From Verrucomicrobiota bacterium (GTDB lineage: Bacteria > Verrucomicrobiota > Kiritimatiellia > CAIVKH01), in the NCBI GenBank assembly GCA_024233345.1, contig JACKPT010000011.1:71516-135515 (forward strand): a stretch of 64,000 bases of DNA, written 5' to 3'. Shown one piece after another: positions 1 to 9,063 of the stretch. The position numbers were made by a program, and so were the translations under genes. Below the pieces are notes generated by a model that made no database searches, was not told the DNA's origin, and saw only the letters and a program-made list of their open reading frames with translations. The stretch's first letter is position 1. Each line of letters starts with the position of its first letter.

Positions 1-777
1 CGGTCTCTGATCCAGGGCGGCGAGATGAATTCCTGCCGGAGGCGGCACCAGATCTTCACCCTTCGGCGGTACGGCCAGATCCAGTGTCGATGCGAGGTCC
101 TTGCCGATCGCGGTATTGAGGGCGGCGAGGGAAAGGCGTTGGCGGTTTTTGGCGCGGATCAGATTTTCGCGGGCATCGGCAAGCTGTACTTCCAGGTTCA
201 ACACATCGGTTTGAATCGCAGAGCCAGCCTCGAACCGGGCTTTGGCGACCCGAAGGTTTTCTTCCACACTGCCAATGGTTTCTTCCTGTACGGCGACAAA
301 GGCACCGGCCTGAAGGGTCTGGTAGTAGGCCTCGGTCACCGCAAAGGTCAGTTCATTGCGTGCGGCGGCCAGGAGGGCGGTCCGTGCCTGCTGCTGCATG
401 CGGGACATCTTCTGGGCCAGTGCGCGTACGCCGCCATCCGCGAGTAGCATCTTCAGCCCCACGGTACCCCGGATGTTCTGGGTGTCGTCCGGTTGGTTGA
501 AATCCTCCTCGAGCGACGCCTGGCGCTGGTTCAAGTTCATGAAAAAGGCCTGGGGCGGATTATCGGTGCGGGTGTAGCCGGCGGAGAGGGATACTTGCGG
601 GTACCATCCGGACTGGGCTTGCTGGAGCATGGCATTGGCCTGTTCGACCCGGTGGAGGGCCGCCTGCACATCCGGATTGCTCTCATGCGCAGCGGTCAGG
701 GCTTCCTCCAAGGTCAAGGTGCCCATCGCGGGCAGGGCCCCGAATAAACCGAGAACAAGCCATACACGTTTCTTCAT
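1..777 (-). CDS. TolC-family outer-membrane efflux protein, N-terminal ~259 codons (gene continues past the left edge)
   Basis: Absent from the ORF track because it runs off the window. Reverse-strand translation from the ATG at 777-775 gives MKKRVWLVLGLFGALPAMGTLTLEEALTAAHESNPDVQAALHRVEQANAMLQQAQSGWYPQVSLSAGYTRTD...EAYYQTLQAGAFVAVQEETIGSVEENLRVAKARFEAGSAIQTDVLNLEVQLADARENLIRAKN. That is a signal peptide followed by the typical OEP/TolC repeat pattern. ATGA overlap with the upstream arsR-like gene. Confidence 0.8.
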   Translation of the reverse strand, partial: MKKRVWLVLGLFGALPAMGTLTLEEALTAAHESNPDVQAALHRVEQANAMLQQAQSGWYPQVSLSAGYTRTDNPPQAFFMNLNQRQASLEEDFNQPDDTQNIRGTVGLKMLLADGGVRALAQKMSRMQQQARTALLAAARNELTFAVTEAYYQTLQAGAFVAVQEETIGSVEENLRVAKARFEAGSAIQTDVLNLEVQLADARENLIRAKNRQRLSLAALNTAIGKDLASTLDLAVPPKGEDLVPPPAGIHLAALDQRP

Positions 778-1091
778 GAGGATTCTCCATAATTGTTGCG
801 AATACACCCGAGGATGGTCAGCGCGCTTCGATCGGCAATCTGATACCAGACTTCCTTTCCCCGGCGTTCGCACGAAACCAGCCCCACCCGGCGCATCTGG
901 GTCAAATGTTGAGAGACCGCAGCCTGGGGCAGCGAAACGGCCACCATCAACTCAAATACCGGGGCGGTGGTTTCCCGATCCAGGTATTCCACGATTTTCA
1001 GCCGATCCGGATGAGCCAATACCTTCAGCACATCCGCCATCCGGTTCAGGAGGGAGGCCGGCAAGGGTTTCGATTTTGTCGCGGTCTTCAT
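774..1091 (-). CDS. ArsR/SmtB-family metal-responsive transcriptional regulator
   Basis: 105 aa. Winged-HTH signature LKVLAHPDRLKIVEYL...LPQAAVSQHLTQMRRVGLVSCERRGKEVWY. Stop overlaps the TolC-like start (ATGA at 774-777). Confidence 0.88.
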   Translation of the reverse strand: MKTATKSKPLPASLLNRMADVLKVLAHPDRLKIVEYLDRETTAPVFELMVAVSLPQAAVSQHLTQMRRVGLVSCERRGKEVWYQIADRSALTILGCIRNNYGESS

Positions 1092-1194
1092 ATTGAGTTA
1101 TAGATATACAATGATAGTTGAATGTGTCAAGGAGAGAGAATTCTTTTTCCCCAGGGGGGTGGGGCACGACAACAACCGGGGGAGTGAACAGAAT

Positions 1195-1734
1195 CTATTC
1201 CGCGGGCTCAGGAGGTGCCATACTCTTGCTATAGAATCCGGAGCGATCAAAGCAACAGACGCGGCGTTTCCCCTTGGCAAGCATGTCGCAGGCAATATCG
1301 ATTCTTTTTTGACGGGTCTCCGCCTTCTTGGCGGACACAATCCAGTGGATCCAGTCCCGTCGAGCTATGGGGGTGAGCCTGGACCAGAGGTTGCTTGCTT
1401 CGGGGGCCCCCTTCAGGGCCGCACGGAAATCTGTGGGGATCCTGGGTTCTGGTTCACGGTCGACGGGCCTGATTTCCAGCGTTACCATTTCTCCGACGTT
1501 CGCGTTCGCGGATTCACGCAATTTCCGACTCACCTTAAGCCAATGACTCTTTTGGCCATCCGGCTCGAGCGTGGCTTGAAAGGGATGCCCATTGAGTGTT
1601 CCTTCAACCGTGGTCATGCTCCGGGTGGGAAGTTGTGCACTGGCATCCTTGGGCAGAATCAGAAATGACCAGGATTGTTTCCGGGGAGATTCCGCCGGTC
1701 GGTGAAGTGTTGCCCGGCACTGAATCATCATCAT
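1195..1734 (-). CDS. DUF1905 / YdeI-OmpD-associated family protein
   Basis: 179 aa. N-terminal WSFLILPKDASAQLPTRSMTTVEGTLNGHPFQATLEPDGQKSHWLKV (DUF1905-like). C-terminal LWSRLTPIARRDWIHWIVSAKKAETRQKRIDIACDML (YdeI-like). Family assignment is from memory of these motifs. Confidence 0.7.
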   Translation of the reverse strand: MMMIQCRATLHRPAESPRKQSWSFLILPKDASAQLPTRSMTTVEGTLNGHPFQATLEPDGQKSHWLKVSRKLRESANANVGEMVTLEIRPVDREPEPRIPTDFRAALKGAPEASNLWSRLTPIARRDWIHWIVSAKKAETRQKRIDIACDMLAKGKRRVCCFDRSGFYSKSMAPPEPAE

Positions 1735-1797
1735 CGTCCTTCCTCATATCCCTGGCCCTTCTTTTGTTCATGTCCGGACAGCGAGCGGGGATGCCGG

Positions 1798-2598
1798 CTA
1801 GAAGGAAAAGCCAGCGCGGGCACCGAGTCTCAGCCATTCGGATTCCGGTTGAAAGAAGAGTCCGCTGGCATCCAGGTCGGACTCGCCGAAATGCAGGTAG
1901 TCGAGGGTCAGGGCCAGGTCCCACCGGTCGTTTCGCCTTCCGATCACCAGGGACAACCCGGGTTCCTTTTCCGGTTCGAGGGAGATGGCGTTGGCGCCCA
2001 CCAATCCGAGATTATCCACATCTTCATCATTGGACAGCGGCAGGATCAGGAATGCCTGTCCGTACCAATCGGCATAGTCATTGAAAACGATGGCTTCGAG
2101 GCCGCCGCGCAGGTAGATCGTGGTCCAGGTTTCGTCATAGCCATAGTCTCCTCCCTGGTCCAGCTCCCGCACCCAACGGTGGAAGCCAATTCCCAGAGCC
2201 GGTTGTGCGGATGCCTTGGCTGACGCGGGGAGCACCGGAAAAATCAAGGTGGCATCGCCGGATACGCCAAGGTATCCGGTCTCCCCATCATAGGGTTCCG
2301 ATGTTCCATCGGCATCAAATACCGCACCATCGTAGTTGACCACACCACCAAATAGTTCGAGCTTGGCATCCAGAATCATGGCGGTGGAAAGGTCATGACG
2401 GAGCTGTATGCCCGCCCCCCACAGCGGGCCGTCCTCGCTAACCAGACGATCACCGTCGACGGTCTCCTCCCACGACAGGTAGGAGATTGTGGCAAAGGGT
2501 CGAAACTCGGCCGCCCTGACCGAATGAAGCGCCCCCATGAACATGAGGGTCAGCATCCATGAAAGCGGACGCGAAGGGATGAATCGCTGGTTGCGCAT
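1798..2598 (-). CDS. putative outer-membrane beta-barrel protein (uncharacterised)
   Basis: 266 aa. N-terminal signal-like segment WMLTLMFMGALHSVRAAE. Alternating hydrophobic pattern and Gly/aromatic-rich sequence. C-terminal ...GARAGFSF ends in Phe, as in many OMP barrels. Only 6 nt downstream of the M23 gene. Confidence 0.5.
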   Translation of the reverse strand: MRNQRFIPSRPLSWMLTLMFMGALHSVRAAEFRPFATISYLSWEETVDGDRLVSEDGPLWGAGIQLRHDLSTAMILDAKLELFGGVVNYDGAVFDADGTSEPYDGETGYLGVSGDATLIFPVLPASAKASAQPALGIGFHRWVRELDQGGDYGYDETWTTIYLRGGLEAIVFNDYADWYGQAFLILPLSNDEDVDNLGLVGANAISLEPEKEPGLSLVIGRRNDRWDLALTLDYLHFGESDLDASGLFFQPESEWLRLGARAGFSF

Positions 2599-2604
2599 GA
2601 TAGA

Positions 2605-3261
2605 TTACCTCCTGGAGAACGGGATGAAATGTACCAGTAAACGATAGGGATCATAGGGCCGTCCCTCTTCATTGAACACCTCAAAGTGCAGGTGCGGGGC
2701 TACCGCCATCCACCGGCGGGCGTCCGCACTGGCGCTGGTGGTTCCCATGGTTCCAATGGATTGACCGGCGCTTATCCACTGACCGGGCATGACGGTAATG
2801 GCATCCAGATGGGCATACAGGGTAAAGAAGACCCGTCCGGAAATCGGCCAGATATGTTCGATGATGACATGACGTCCAAGAATGCTTTGGTCGGGTAATG
2901 TCGTCACCTCGGATACCCGGCCCTCGGTAACGGCAGCCACTGAATCCACGGGAAACACCCCGGGGACAGAGATGGGAATGTCGGTGCCGTTACGGCAGTC
3001 GGTCATAACGACATCAATGATCTGGCCGGTCGGACGGGTTTCCCAGGCCGCGATATCGCATCCATGATGAAAGCGGCGCCCGCAATCACGGGTCCACCCG
3101 GGCAACCCATAGAGCGGATTCCACAGGGTGCGGGCGGTGTAGCGATCAGGCGCGGTATGGAGATCGGTGCGCAGGGTAGGCCAGTGCCATGGGCATCCCT
3201 CCTCGGACGGGGGCGATAGGAACGTGGTGTTGGCAATCGATCGTGTGGGAGGCGCGTTCAT
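2605..3261 (-). CDS. M23-family (LytM-like) metallopeptidase
   Basis: 218 aa with HHGCDIA (HxxxD) and LYAHLD...APHLHFEV (HxH) motifs. ATGA overlap with the upstream gene at 3258-3261. Confidence 0.75.
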   Translation of the reverse strand: MNAPPTRSIANTTFLSPPSEEGCPWHWPTLRTDLHTAPDRYTARTLWNPLYGLPGWTRDCGRRFHHGCDIAAWETRPTGQIIDVVMTDCRNGTDIPISVPGVFPVDSVAAVTEGRVSEVTTLPDQSILGRHVIIEHIWPISGRVFFTLYAHLDAITVMPGQWISAGQSIGTMGTTSASADARRWMAVAPHLHFEVFNEEGRPYDPYRLLVHFIPFSRR

Positions 3262-4751
3262 GGTTGAGGGGAGCGGGACTCGCGCAGCCGCAGGGCCGCC
3301 GACTGCCGTAGTTGCATCAGGGGGGGCAGCCCGGTGCGTTCTCGCAATTGTGGGTCATTCATGCGCGGATCCATGTAGGTGGACCAGAGCTGGACTGCGA
3401 GCTGCTCAAATCCCGCCGCCCGACGGGCATCCCCGGCCTGGGCCCACAGGAGACTCTGGAGCAGGGTTCCTTCCACCACCGAAGTTGCCTCCTCCTGGGT
3501 CATCTGTTCGACTCTCCCCGCGAATAGATGCAGAACCACCTGATCGAGCGACGAGGTTTGATCCACCGTGGGATCAAAGCGTCGCAGTTCATCCAGCATC
3601 GACTGCGCCTTGGTTTGCTCCTGGTAGGTATAGAGAATGAACACGGCGTCCCAGAGGAAATTGCGATATCCATCCCGAAGGCTGGGGTTCTCGCTCTCGG
3701 CCATGGCCTCCCGGTACCCCTGAAGGACATAGGGCAGCACATCGAGATTCGGTGAGAGCAGAAACAGGGAGTGATCGGGATTCTGGACCAGTCGCCCCCG
3801 CCGAAATGCCTCCTGCAGGGATTGGAAGATCATTCGCCGGGAGGAAACCTGCTCATAGGTATCGCGAGCAACCTGACGGGCGCGGTAGGCCCAGTAGAGC
3901 GAATGGGAAGTGGGCAACCGCCAGTCTTGGGGTCCATAGGTGTCCTCAATCTTCTCCATGGTTTCCGGGGAGAGCGCGAAGACCCGCTCGAACGTTTCCC
4001 GCTTCATAAACGCACTGTAGACCGGCCATGCGGGATCCAAACGCAGTTCTCTTGGGGCTGTGTCATGGACCTGGGACCAGCGCCATGGATCCATATCCGC
4101 AGCCCGGAGACGATCCAGCAGGGAGGCCATTCCCTTCACCTGTTGGAGAGCCTCCCGGTTGGGCGGCAATGCTTTCCAACGCTGGAAATCGGGTCTGGCT
4201 CCCGAAAGCAATGGTTCCAACGATTCGGCCAGGGCGCGTTTGTAGTAGAGGTGTGCGTCGTCGAGCGTGCCGGCAATTTTGTGTTGATAGAGCCAGCCGA
4301 GTTCCAGCAGGAGGCGGGCATCGCCGGGATTGTAGCGGATACCTTCATTGCGCAGGAGCTCGATGCCATGCTGAACCCACCGCCATCGATCCTCCGGAGC
4401 CGGGAACATGACGCTGATATTGTAGGCCAGATTCCACGCCTGGTAGGCCCACACTTCGGTAAACCGTGGCTCCAACTTGGTGATCCAGTCCGCAAGTTGG
4501 ACCAGTTCGAAGTACCGGCCCTCCTCCTGAAGCTTGGAGGACCGCAGCCACAGAAGATCGGCAATGATGCCACGAAATCCCCCGAGGGTTACGGTGGTGA
4601 AGGCGACCAGCGGCGGGGCATTTTCCACCGGGTCCGCCTGGGTGATGCCCTGCTCACGGCGGACATCCAGGAGGTGTAGGTTCAGCCTTCCGGCCCCGAA
4701 AAGACAGGACAAGCCGAGCCCATAGAGCAGGATGGTATAGAGCCGTTTCAT
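3258..4751 (-). CDS. uncharacterised membrane-anchored, helix-rich protein
   Basis: The ORF track gives 3258-4817. I prefer the ATG at 4751 (MKRLYTILLYGLGLSCLFGAG...) because it forms an ATGA overlap with the permease stop at 4748. One N-terminal hydrophobic anchor, then a Trp/Leu-rich helical sequence (LLWLRSSKLQEEGRYFELVQLADWITKLEPRFTEVWAYQAWNLAYNISV). No motif I can name. Confidence 0.6.
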   Translation of the reverse strand: MKRLYTILLYGLGLSCLFGAGRLNLHLLDVRREQGITQADPVENAPPLVAFTTVTLGGFRGIIADLLWLRSSKLQEEGRYFELVQLADWITKLEPRFTEVWAYQAWNLAYNISVMFPAPEDRWRWVQHGIELLRNEGIRYNPGDARLLLELGWLYQHKIAGTLDDAHLYYKRALAESLEPLLSGARPDFQRWKALPPNREALQQVKGMASLLDRLRAADMDPWRWSQVHDTAPRELRLDPAWPVYSAFMKRETFERVFALSPETMEKIEDTYGPQDWRLPTSHSLYWAYRARQVARDTYEQVSSRRMIFQSLQEAFRRGRLVQNPDHSLFLLSPNLDVLPYVLQGYREAMAESENPSLRDGYRNFLWDAVFILYTYQEQTKAQSMLDELRRFDPTVDQTSSLDQVVLHLFAGRVEQMTQEEATSVVEGTLLQSLLWAQAGDARRAAGFEQLAVQLWSTYMDPRMNDPQLRERTGLPPLMQLRQSAALRLRESRSPQP

Positions 4752-6118
4752 TGTCCGGGCAGGCCGATCTCTTTGCGGGATAGGGCGAAGCTCGTCACCA
4801 GGGCGAGCAGACCACACAGGCCCACGCCCTGGATCAGCACCGCATCGATCAGCCAGCGGGTGGAGATCAACCGACCCAGCGCGAGTGCTTGCAGGGGGTC
4901 ATGCCCGGTCATTGGTTGTACCAAGGCCGCGAGAATCCGGTAGATCCCGGTGAGCAGGTAGGTACCCCAGGATCCGGCCGCTTCCGGTTGGTCGCTCCAG
5001 GGGGTGGCCACCACCCGGTTGGCCATGCCCTGGATGTACCCGGCGGTGCGTATCATGATCATCAGGTAGAGGGAGAGGAAAGCGGCGACCGGGAAGGAAA
5101 ACAATGTGCCGGCGGTCAGACCTGCTGCTATGAAAAATCCGAGTTGTCCAAGCATGAGAACGAGGCTTCGGGCGAGATTCCAGGGAAAGTCAGCGGCGGG
5201 TATCTGGAGGATCAGTCCATCGGCCGGGTGGAAAATCACCGTCACCGGCCGATCACCGCTGTTGATGTACTCGAGGGTGATCTGATCCCGTCCGGCCAGT
5301 AGTTCCGGGGGTAGGTCGATCTGATTGACTGCGGTGGGAATGCCCTCCTGCTCGATGTCCATCAATGCGGTACCGTTTGTATCACGGAGGATCCATCGAC
5401 CGGGAATGGGCTCAGCCCCCACGTTGGAGGATGACATGCGGTAGACCAGGCGCGGAGAAAGATCGGTTCGGGAAGCTGGGGGCAGGGGCAGGTTCCATTG
5501 TCGGACTCCGGATCGGCTGACCGCATTTCGTTCCAACTGCAATTGCTGAATCAATTCCCGCAATCGCTGATCGGGGGAAACATCCCCAGGAACCTGCTGA
5601 GCTGCGATTTCCTCGCGAAGGCGGTTTCGTGCTTCAGGCAATACCGACGGTTCATCCGGTTGAACCTCCCGGTGAACATACAACAGATCGCGCACCGAGA
5701 CGGTCTGACCGGAGGCCTCGATTTCCCGGTCCAATCGATGCCACAGCAAGGCGGTGGAGATGCTGCTGCAGATCACCAGCAGGGACCCGTGGAGCAAAAA
5801 GATGCCCAACCACTTGCCCAGCCAGATCGAAAGGGAGCGGACCGGCTTGGTGACCACAAGGTGAAGGGTGCGTGATTCGATCTCCCCGGCCACTGCGGCG
5901 CATCCGCTCCATAACCCGGACAAACTGAGAATCCCGAACGACAAACCAAGGGCATAGCGAAGCATAATCTGAATGGTGCCCTGCATTGTTCCATCCGACC
6001 GGATCGTCATGGGTAGAAACACAATGATCGCTAGCAGCATCGCGAATAGAGACAGCACGACCCGGGAACGAAACGCGGAACGGATGGCAATACCGGCAAT
6101 GGCCAGGACAGACTTCAT
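4748..6118 (-). CDS. ABC-2-type transporter permease with a large extracytoplasmic insert
   Basis: 456 aa, multiple hydrophobic segments. The motif AGEIESRTLHLVVTKPVRSLSIWLGKWLG is typical of NosY/GldF-like ABC-2 permeases. About 170 aa of hydrophilic insert. ATGA overlap with the ATPase gene. Confidence 0.7.
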   Translation of the reverse strand: MKSVLAIAGIAIRSAFRSRVVLSLFAMLLAIIVFLPMTIRSDGTMQGTIQIMLRYALGLSFGILSLSGLWSGCAAVAGEIESRTLHLVVTKPVRSLSIWLGKWLGIFLLHGSLLVICSSISTALLWHRLDREIEASGQTVSVRDLLYVHREVQPDEPSVLPEARNRLREEIAAQQVPGDVSPDQRLRELIQQLQLERNAVSRSGVRQWNLPLPPASRTDLSPRLVYRMSSSNVGAEPIPGRWILRDTNGTALMDIEQEGIPTAVNQIDLPPELLAGRDQITLEYINSGDRPVTVIFHPADGLILQIPAADFPWNLARSLVLMLGQLGFFIAAGLTAGTLFSFPVAAFLSLYLMIMIRTAGYIQGMANRVVATPWSDQPEAAGSWGTYLLTGIYRILAALVQPMTGHDPLQALALGRLISTRWLIDAVLIQGVGLCGLLALVTSFALSRKEIGLPGQ

Positions 6119-7152
6119 GGCGTATCGGAACCGGAATCATCCGGCGCAGCTTGCTTATCCACCGGGGCGAGCAGCGCGGTCAGCCGGGCATCAACCTCGG
6201 AGCGGGAAACCGGCCCGGTCGGGGTGGGGGGCTCCTGGGGACGGGCGAGATATTCCGCGACACCATGATCGGCGCCAACCCCGCTGGCATCCGTTTCCGC
6301 GTTACGCGCCTTTTCCACGACATCGAGGAAAATCTGCTCGAGATCCCGGCGCGGATGATCGACCAGGGGCGGCGTACCGGATTCCTGCTCCACCCGGGTC
6401 TGGATGGCCTCGATGCTGGCGAGGTCATAACCCTCCGGGAAGGTCATACGGTAACGGCCGGTTTCCTCGAGCAATGCATCGAGCGTCCCCATGGCCCGGA
6501 TGCGTCCATTGTACAGAATCGCGACCCGATCACAGAGGTCTTCGACATCCGCGAGGAGATGGGAGGTCATGAGAATGGTTTTACCGCGCCGGGCCAGAGT
6601 CAGAAGCAGATCCTTCATCTGACGGCAACCCAGTGGATCAAGACCGGATGTTGGTTCATCCAGAATAATCAGGTCCGGATCGTTGATCAGAGCCTGCGCG
6701 ACCCCGATGCGCCGGGTCATTCCTTTGGAAAATTCGCCCACAATCCGATTGCGGGCCTGTTGGAGCCCGATCATATCGAGCAACTGGGCGATGCGCCGAC
6801 TGCGCTCAGCCCGGTTGAGATCAAACAGGCGACCATAAAAATCGAGGGTCTCCCATGAGGTGAGATAGGGGTAGATGTAGGAGTTTTCCGGCAGGTAGCC
6901 CAGGCGTTTCTTGACCTGCACATCGCTGGGGGATTTGCCCAACACCGCAATCCGTCCGCGGGAGGGATGCAACAGGCCCAGCAAGAGTTTGATGGTGGTG
7001 CTCTTGCCGGACCCGTTGGGACCGAGCAGTCCAAAGATTTCCCCTCGCCGGACCTCGAAGTCGACATCCCGGACCGCAGTCACTCGAGGCCGGTGCCAGA
7101 AATCGCGGAATACCTTGGTCAGTTGCTGAACCTGGATCAGGGGCTCGGTCAT
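6115..7152 (-). CDS. ABC transporter ATP-binding protein (with ~100-aa C-terminal extension)
   Basis: Walker A GPNGSGKST, signature-like FSKGMTRR, Walker B LIILDEPTSGLD, H-loop TSH. 345 aa. Confidence 0.9.
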   Translation of the reverse strand: MTEPLIQVQQLTKVFRDFWHRPRVTAVRDVDFEVRRGEIFGLLGPNGSGKSTTIKLLLGLLHPSRGRIAVLGKSPSDVQVKKRLGYLPENSYIYPYLTSWETLDFYGRLFDLNRAERSRRIAQLLDMIGLQQARNRIVGEFSKGMTRRIGVAQALINDPDLIILDEPTSGLDPLGCRQMKDLLLTLARRGKTILMTSHLLADVEDLCDRVAILYNGRIRAMGTLDALLEETGRYRMTFPEGYDLASIEAIQTRVEQESGTPPLVDHPRRDLEQIFLDVVEKARNAETDASGVGADHGVAEYLARPQEPPTPTGPVSRSEVDARLTALLAPVDKQAAPDDSGSDTP

Positions 7153-9059
7153 GGGGTCTTTTCCGTTTGTGCGTGTTCGATCCGGATAAGTCGTGCGCTG
7201 TTGAAAACGACGATCAGCGAACCCAGGTTGTGGGCAATGGCTGCAGGGACCGGGGGGAGCCAGCTAATTCCGGAGAGGATCAGCCCCCCGAGAATGAAGA
7301 GGCCGGCAACGGCAAGGTTCTGATAAACCGCAGCCCGGGCATCACGCGAGAGGCGGATCAAGTAGGGTATGCGCATCAGATCATTATTCATCAGGGCCAC
7401 GGTGGCGCTGTGGATCGCGATATCATTGCCGGCCGCCCCCATGGCAATGCCCAGATCCCCAGCGGCAAGGGCCGGGGCATCGTTGACACCGTCGCCGATA
7501 AACGCGGTGCGGTATCCTTGGGCGTGGATGTGGCGAACATAGTCCACCTTTTGGGCGGGGAGACATTCGGCTTGCACTTCCGGGCAGCCGATGCGGTCGG
7601 CAATCATTCGGGTCACCACTTCCCGGTCCCCTGAAATCATGGCAATCTTCCGGATATTCAAATCCACCAGGCCGCGCAATGCCGGAGCCGCTTCGGGCCG
7701 CACCTGGTCTTCCAGACCAATCCAGCCCACATACTGTCCATCCTTCGCCACAAACAATGTGCTGTAGACCGCGCTGTCTCCGGATTCAGCGGCATCAAGC
7801 CGGGGATCCTGGATGCCCAATTCACGGAGCCAACTGGCCCGACCGCATTGGACAAGGGATCCGGCGACCTGGGCGGTAACACCCCGGCCCGCCGTCTCTT
7901 CCATGGACTCCGGATCGCCCAGAAGAAGGCCGGTTTGCTCGGCAAGTTTGCGCAATGCGACGGCCACGGGATGTTTGCTGAATTTCTCCGCAGTGCCAGA
8001 CCATTCCAGAAGATCCGATGGGGAGATGTCCGCCACGGGGGCAAGCCGGGCCACACCGAGTTCACCCAGGGTCAGGGTACCGGTCTTATCAAAAATCACC
8101 GCATTGATCCGCGCGGCGCCTTCGAGGTCAGAGACATTCTTTACCAGGATTCCATTGCGGGCGGCCGCCGCGAGGGCTGCAACCATGGCCGTCGGGGTTG
8201 CGAGAATCAGGGCACAGGGACAGGAGACCACCAGCATTGCGATGACCCGGTTCCAATCGCCGGTAAAGAACCATACTGCGGCGGCGAGGGTCAGCACCAC
8301 GGGTATGTAATAGCGAAGATACTGGTCGATGATGCGGGTAATGGGGAGTTTGGTCTGTTCTGCGGCCAGGATCAGTTCGCGCACTTTACCGAGGGCGGTT
8401 TCTTCGCCGATGCGACTGACCCGGACCTCGACCGCTCCGGTCAGGTTCTGGGTTCCGGCAAAGACCTGATCCCCGGGGCCTTTGTCCCGCGGAATGGACT
8501 CCCCGGTGATGGTCGCTTCATTCAGGGTGGTCTGGCCGAGGATCAGTTCGCCATCGGCCGGGACCGAGTCACCGGGGAGGAGGCGGATTCGATCCCCCAC
8601 CACCAATGCCGAGGCGGGTATTTCCTCCGATTTCCCGGCGGGCAGAATTCTCCTGGCCATGGCCGGGGTCAGGCGAATCAGGGCCTCAATCGCTCCATGG
8701 GCGCCTTTTGCGGTCTGGGTTTCGATGACCAGGGCAAGCAGCATGAAAAACGCTACGATCCCCGCAGTGCGAAAGTCTCCAAGTGCGAGCGCGGAGAGGA
8801 CCGCAATGGCGACTGGCGCATCCATGTGGAGCTCTCCCCGGAACAGATCCCGCACCGCCGACCACACGATGGGTGCCGCCAGCAGCAGGGCCCCGATCAC
8901 CGCGCTGATCTCCGCAGCCATCGGGTTGTCGGGGTAAAGAAGATCGCCCGCGTACGCAGCGATGACGAAGGCGGAACCGGTGAACAGCCAGCTCAGCCGA
9001 CCGGAACGGTCGGCGTGATCGCAGCATCCAATGGCGTGACTGTGGGATTCCGCTTTCAT
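7149..9059 (-). CDS. heavy-metal-translocating P1B-type ATPase (Zn/Cd/Co-like)
   Basis: 636 aa. TGES, CPC (VSCPCALILATP), DKTGTLT and GDGVNDAP motifs. No ferredoxin-like HMA domain, but a His/Cys-rich N-terminus (HSHAIGCCDHAD). Confidence 0.9.
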   Translation of the reverse strand: MKAESHSHAIGCCDHADRSGRLSWLFTGSAFVIAAYAGDLLYPDNPMAAEISAVIGALLLAAPIVWSAVRDLFRGELHMDAPVAIAVLSALALGDFRTAGIVAFFMLLALVIETQTAKGAHGAIEALIRLTPAMARRILPAGKSEEIPASALVVGDRIRLLPGDSVPADGELILGQTTLNEATITGESIPRDKGPGDQVFAGTQNLTGAVEVRVSRIGEETALGKVRELILAAEQTKLPITRIIDQYLRYYIPVVLTLAAAVWFFTGDWNRVIAMLVVSCPCALILATPTAMVAALAAAARNGILVKNVSDLEGAARINAVIFDKTGTLTLGELGVARLAPVADISPSDLLEWSGTAEKFSKHPVAVALRKLAEQTGLLLGDPESMEETAGRGVTAQVAGSLVQCGRASWLRELGIQDPRLDAAESGDSAVYSTLFVAKDGQYVGWIGLEDQVRPEAAPALRGLVDLNIRKIAMISGDREVVTRMIADRIGCPEVQAECLPAQKVDYVRHIHAQGYRTAFIGDGVNDAPALAAGDLGIAMGAAGNDIAIHSATVALMNNDLMRIPYLIRLSRDARAAVYQNLAVAGLFILGGLILSGISWLPPVPAAIAHNLGSLIVVFNSARLIRIEHAQTEKTP

Positions 9060-9063
9060 GGCA

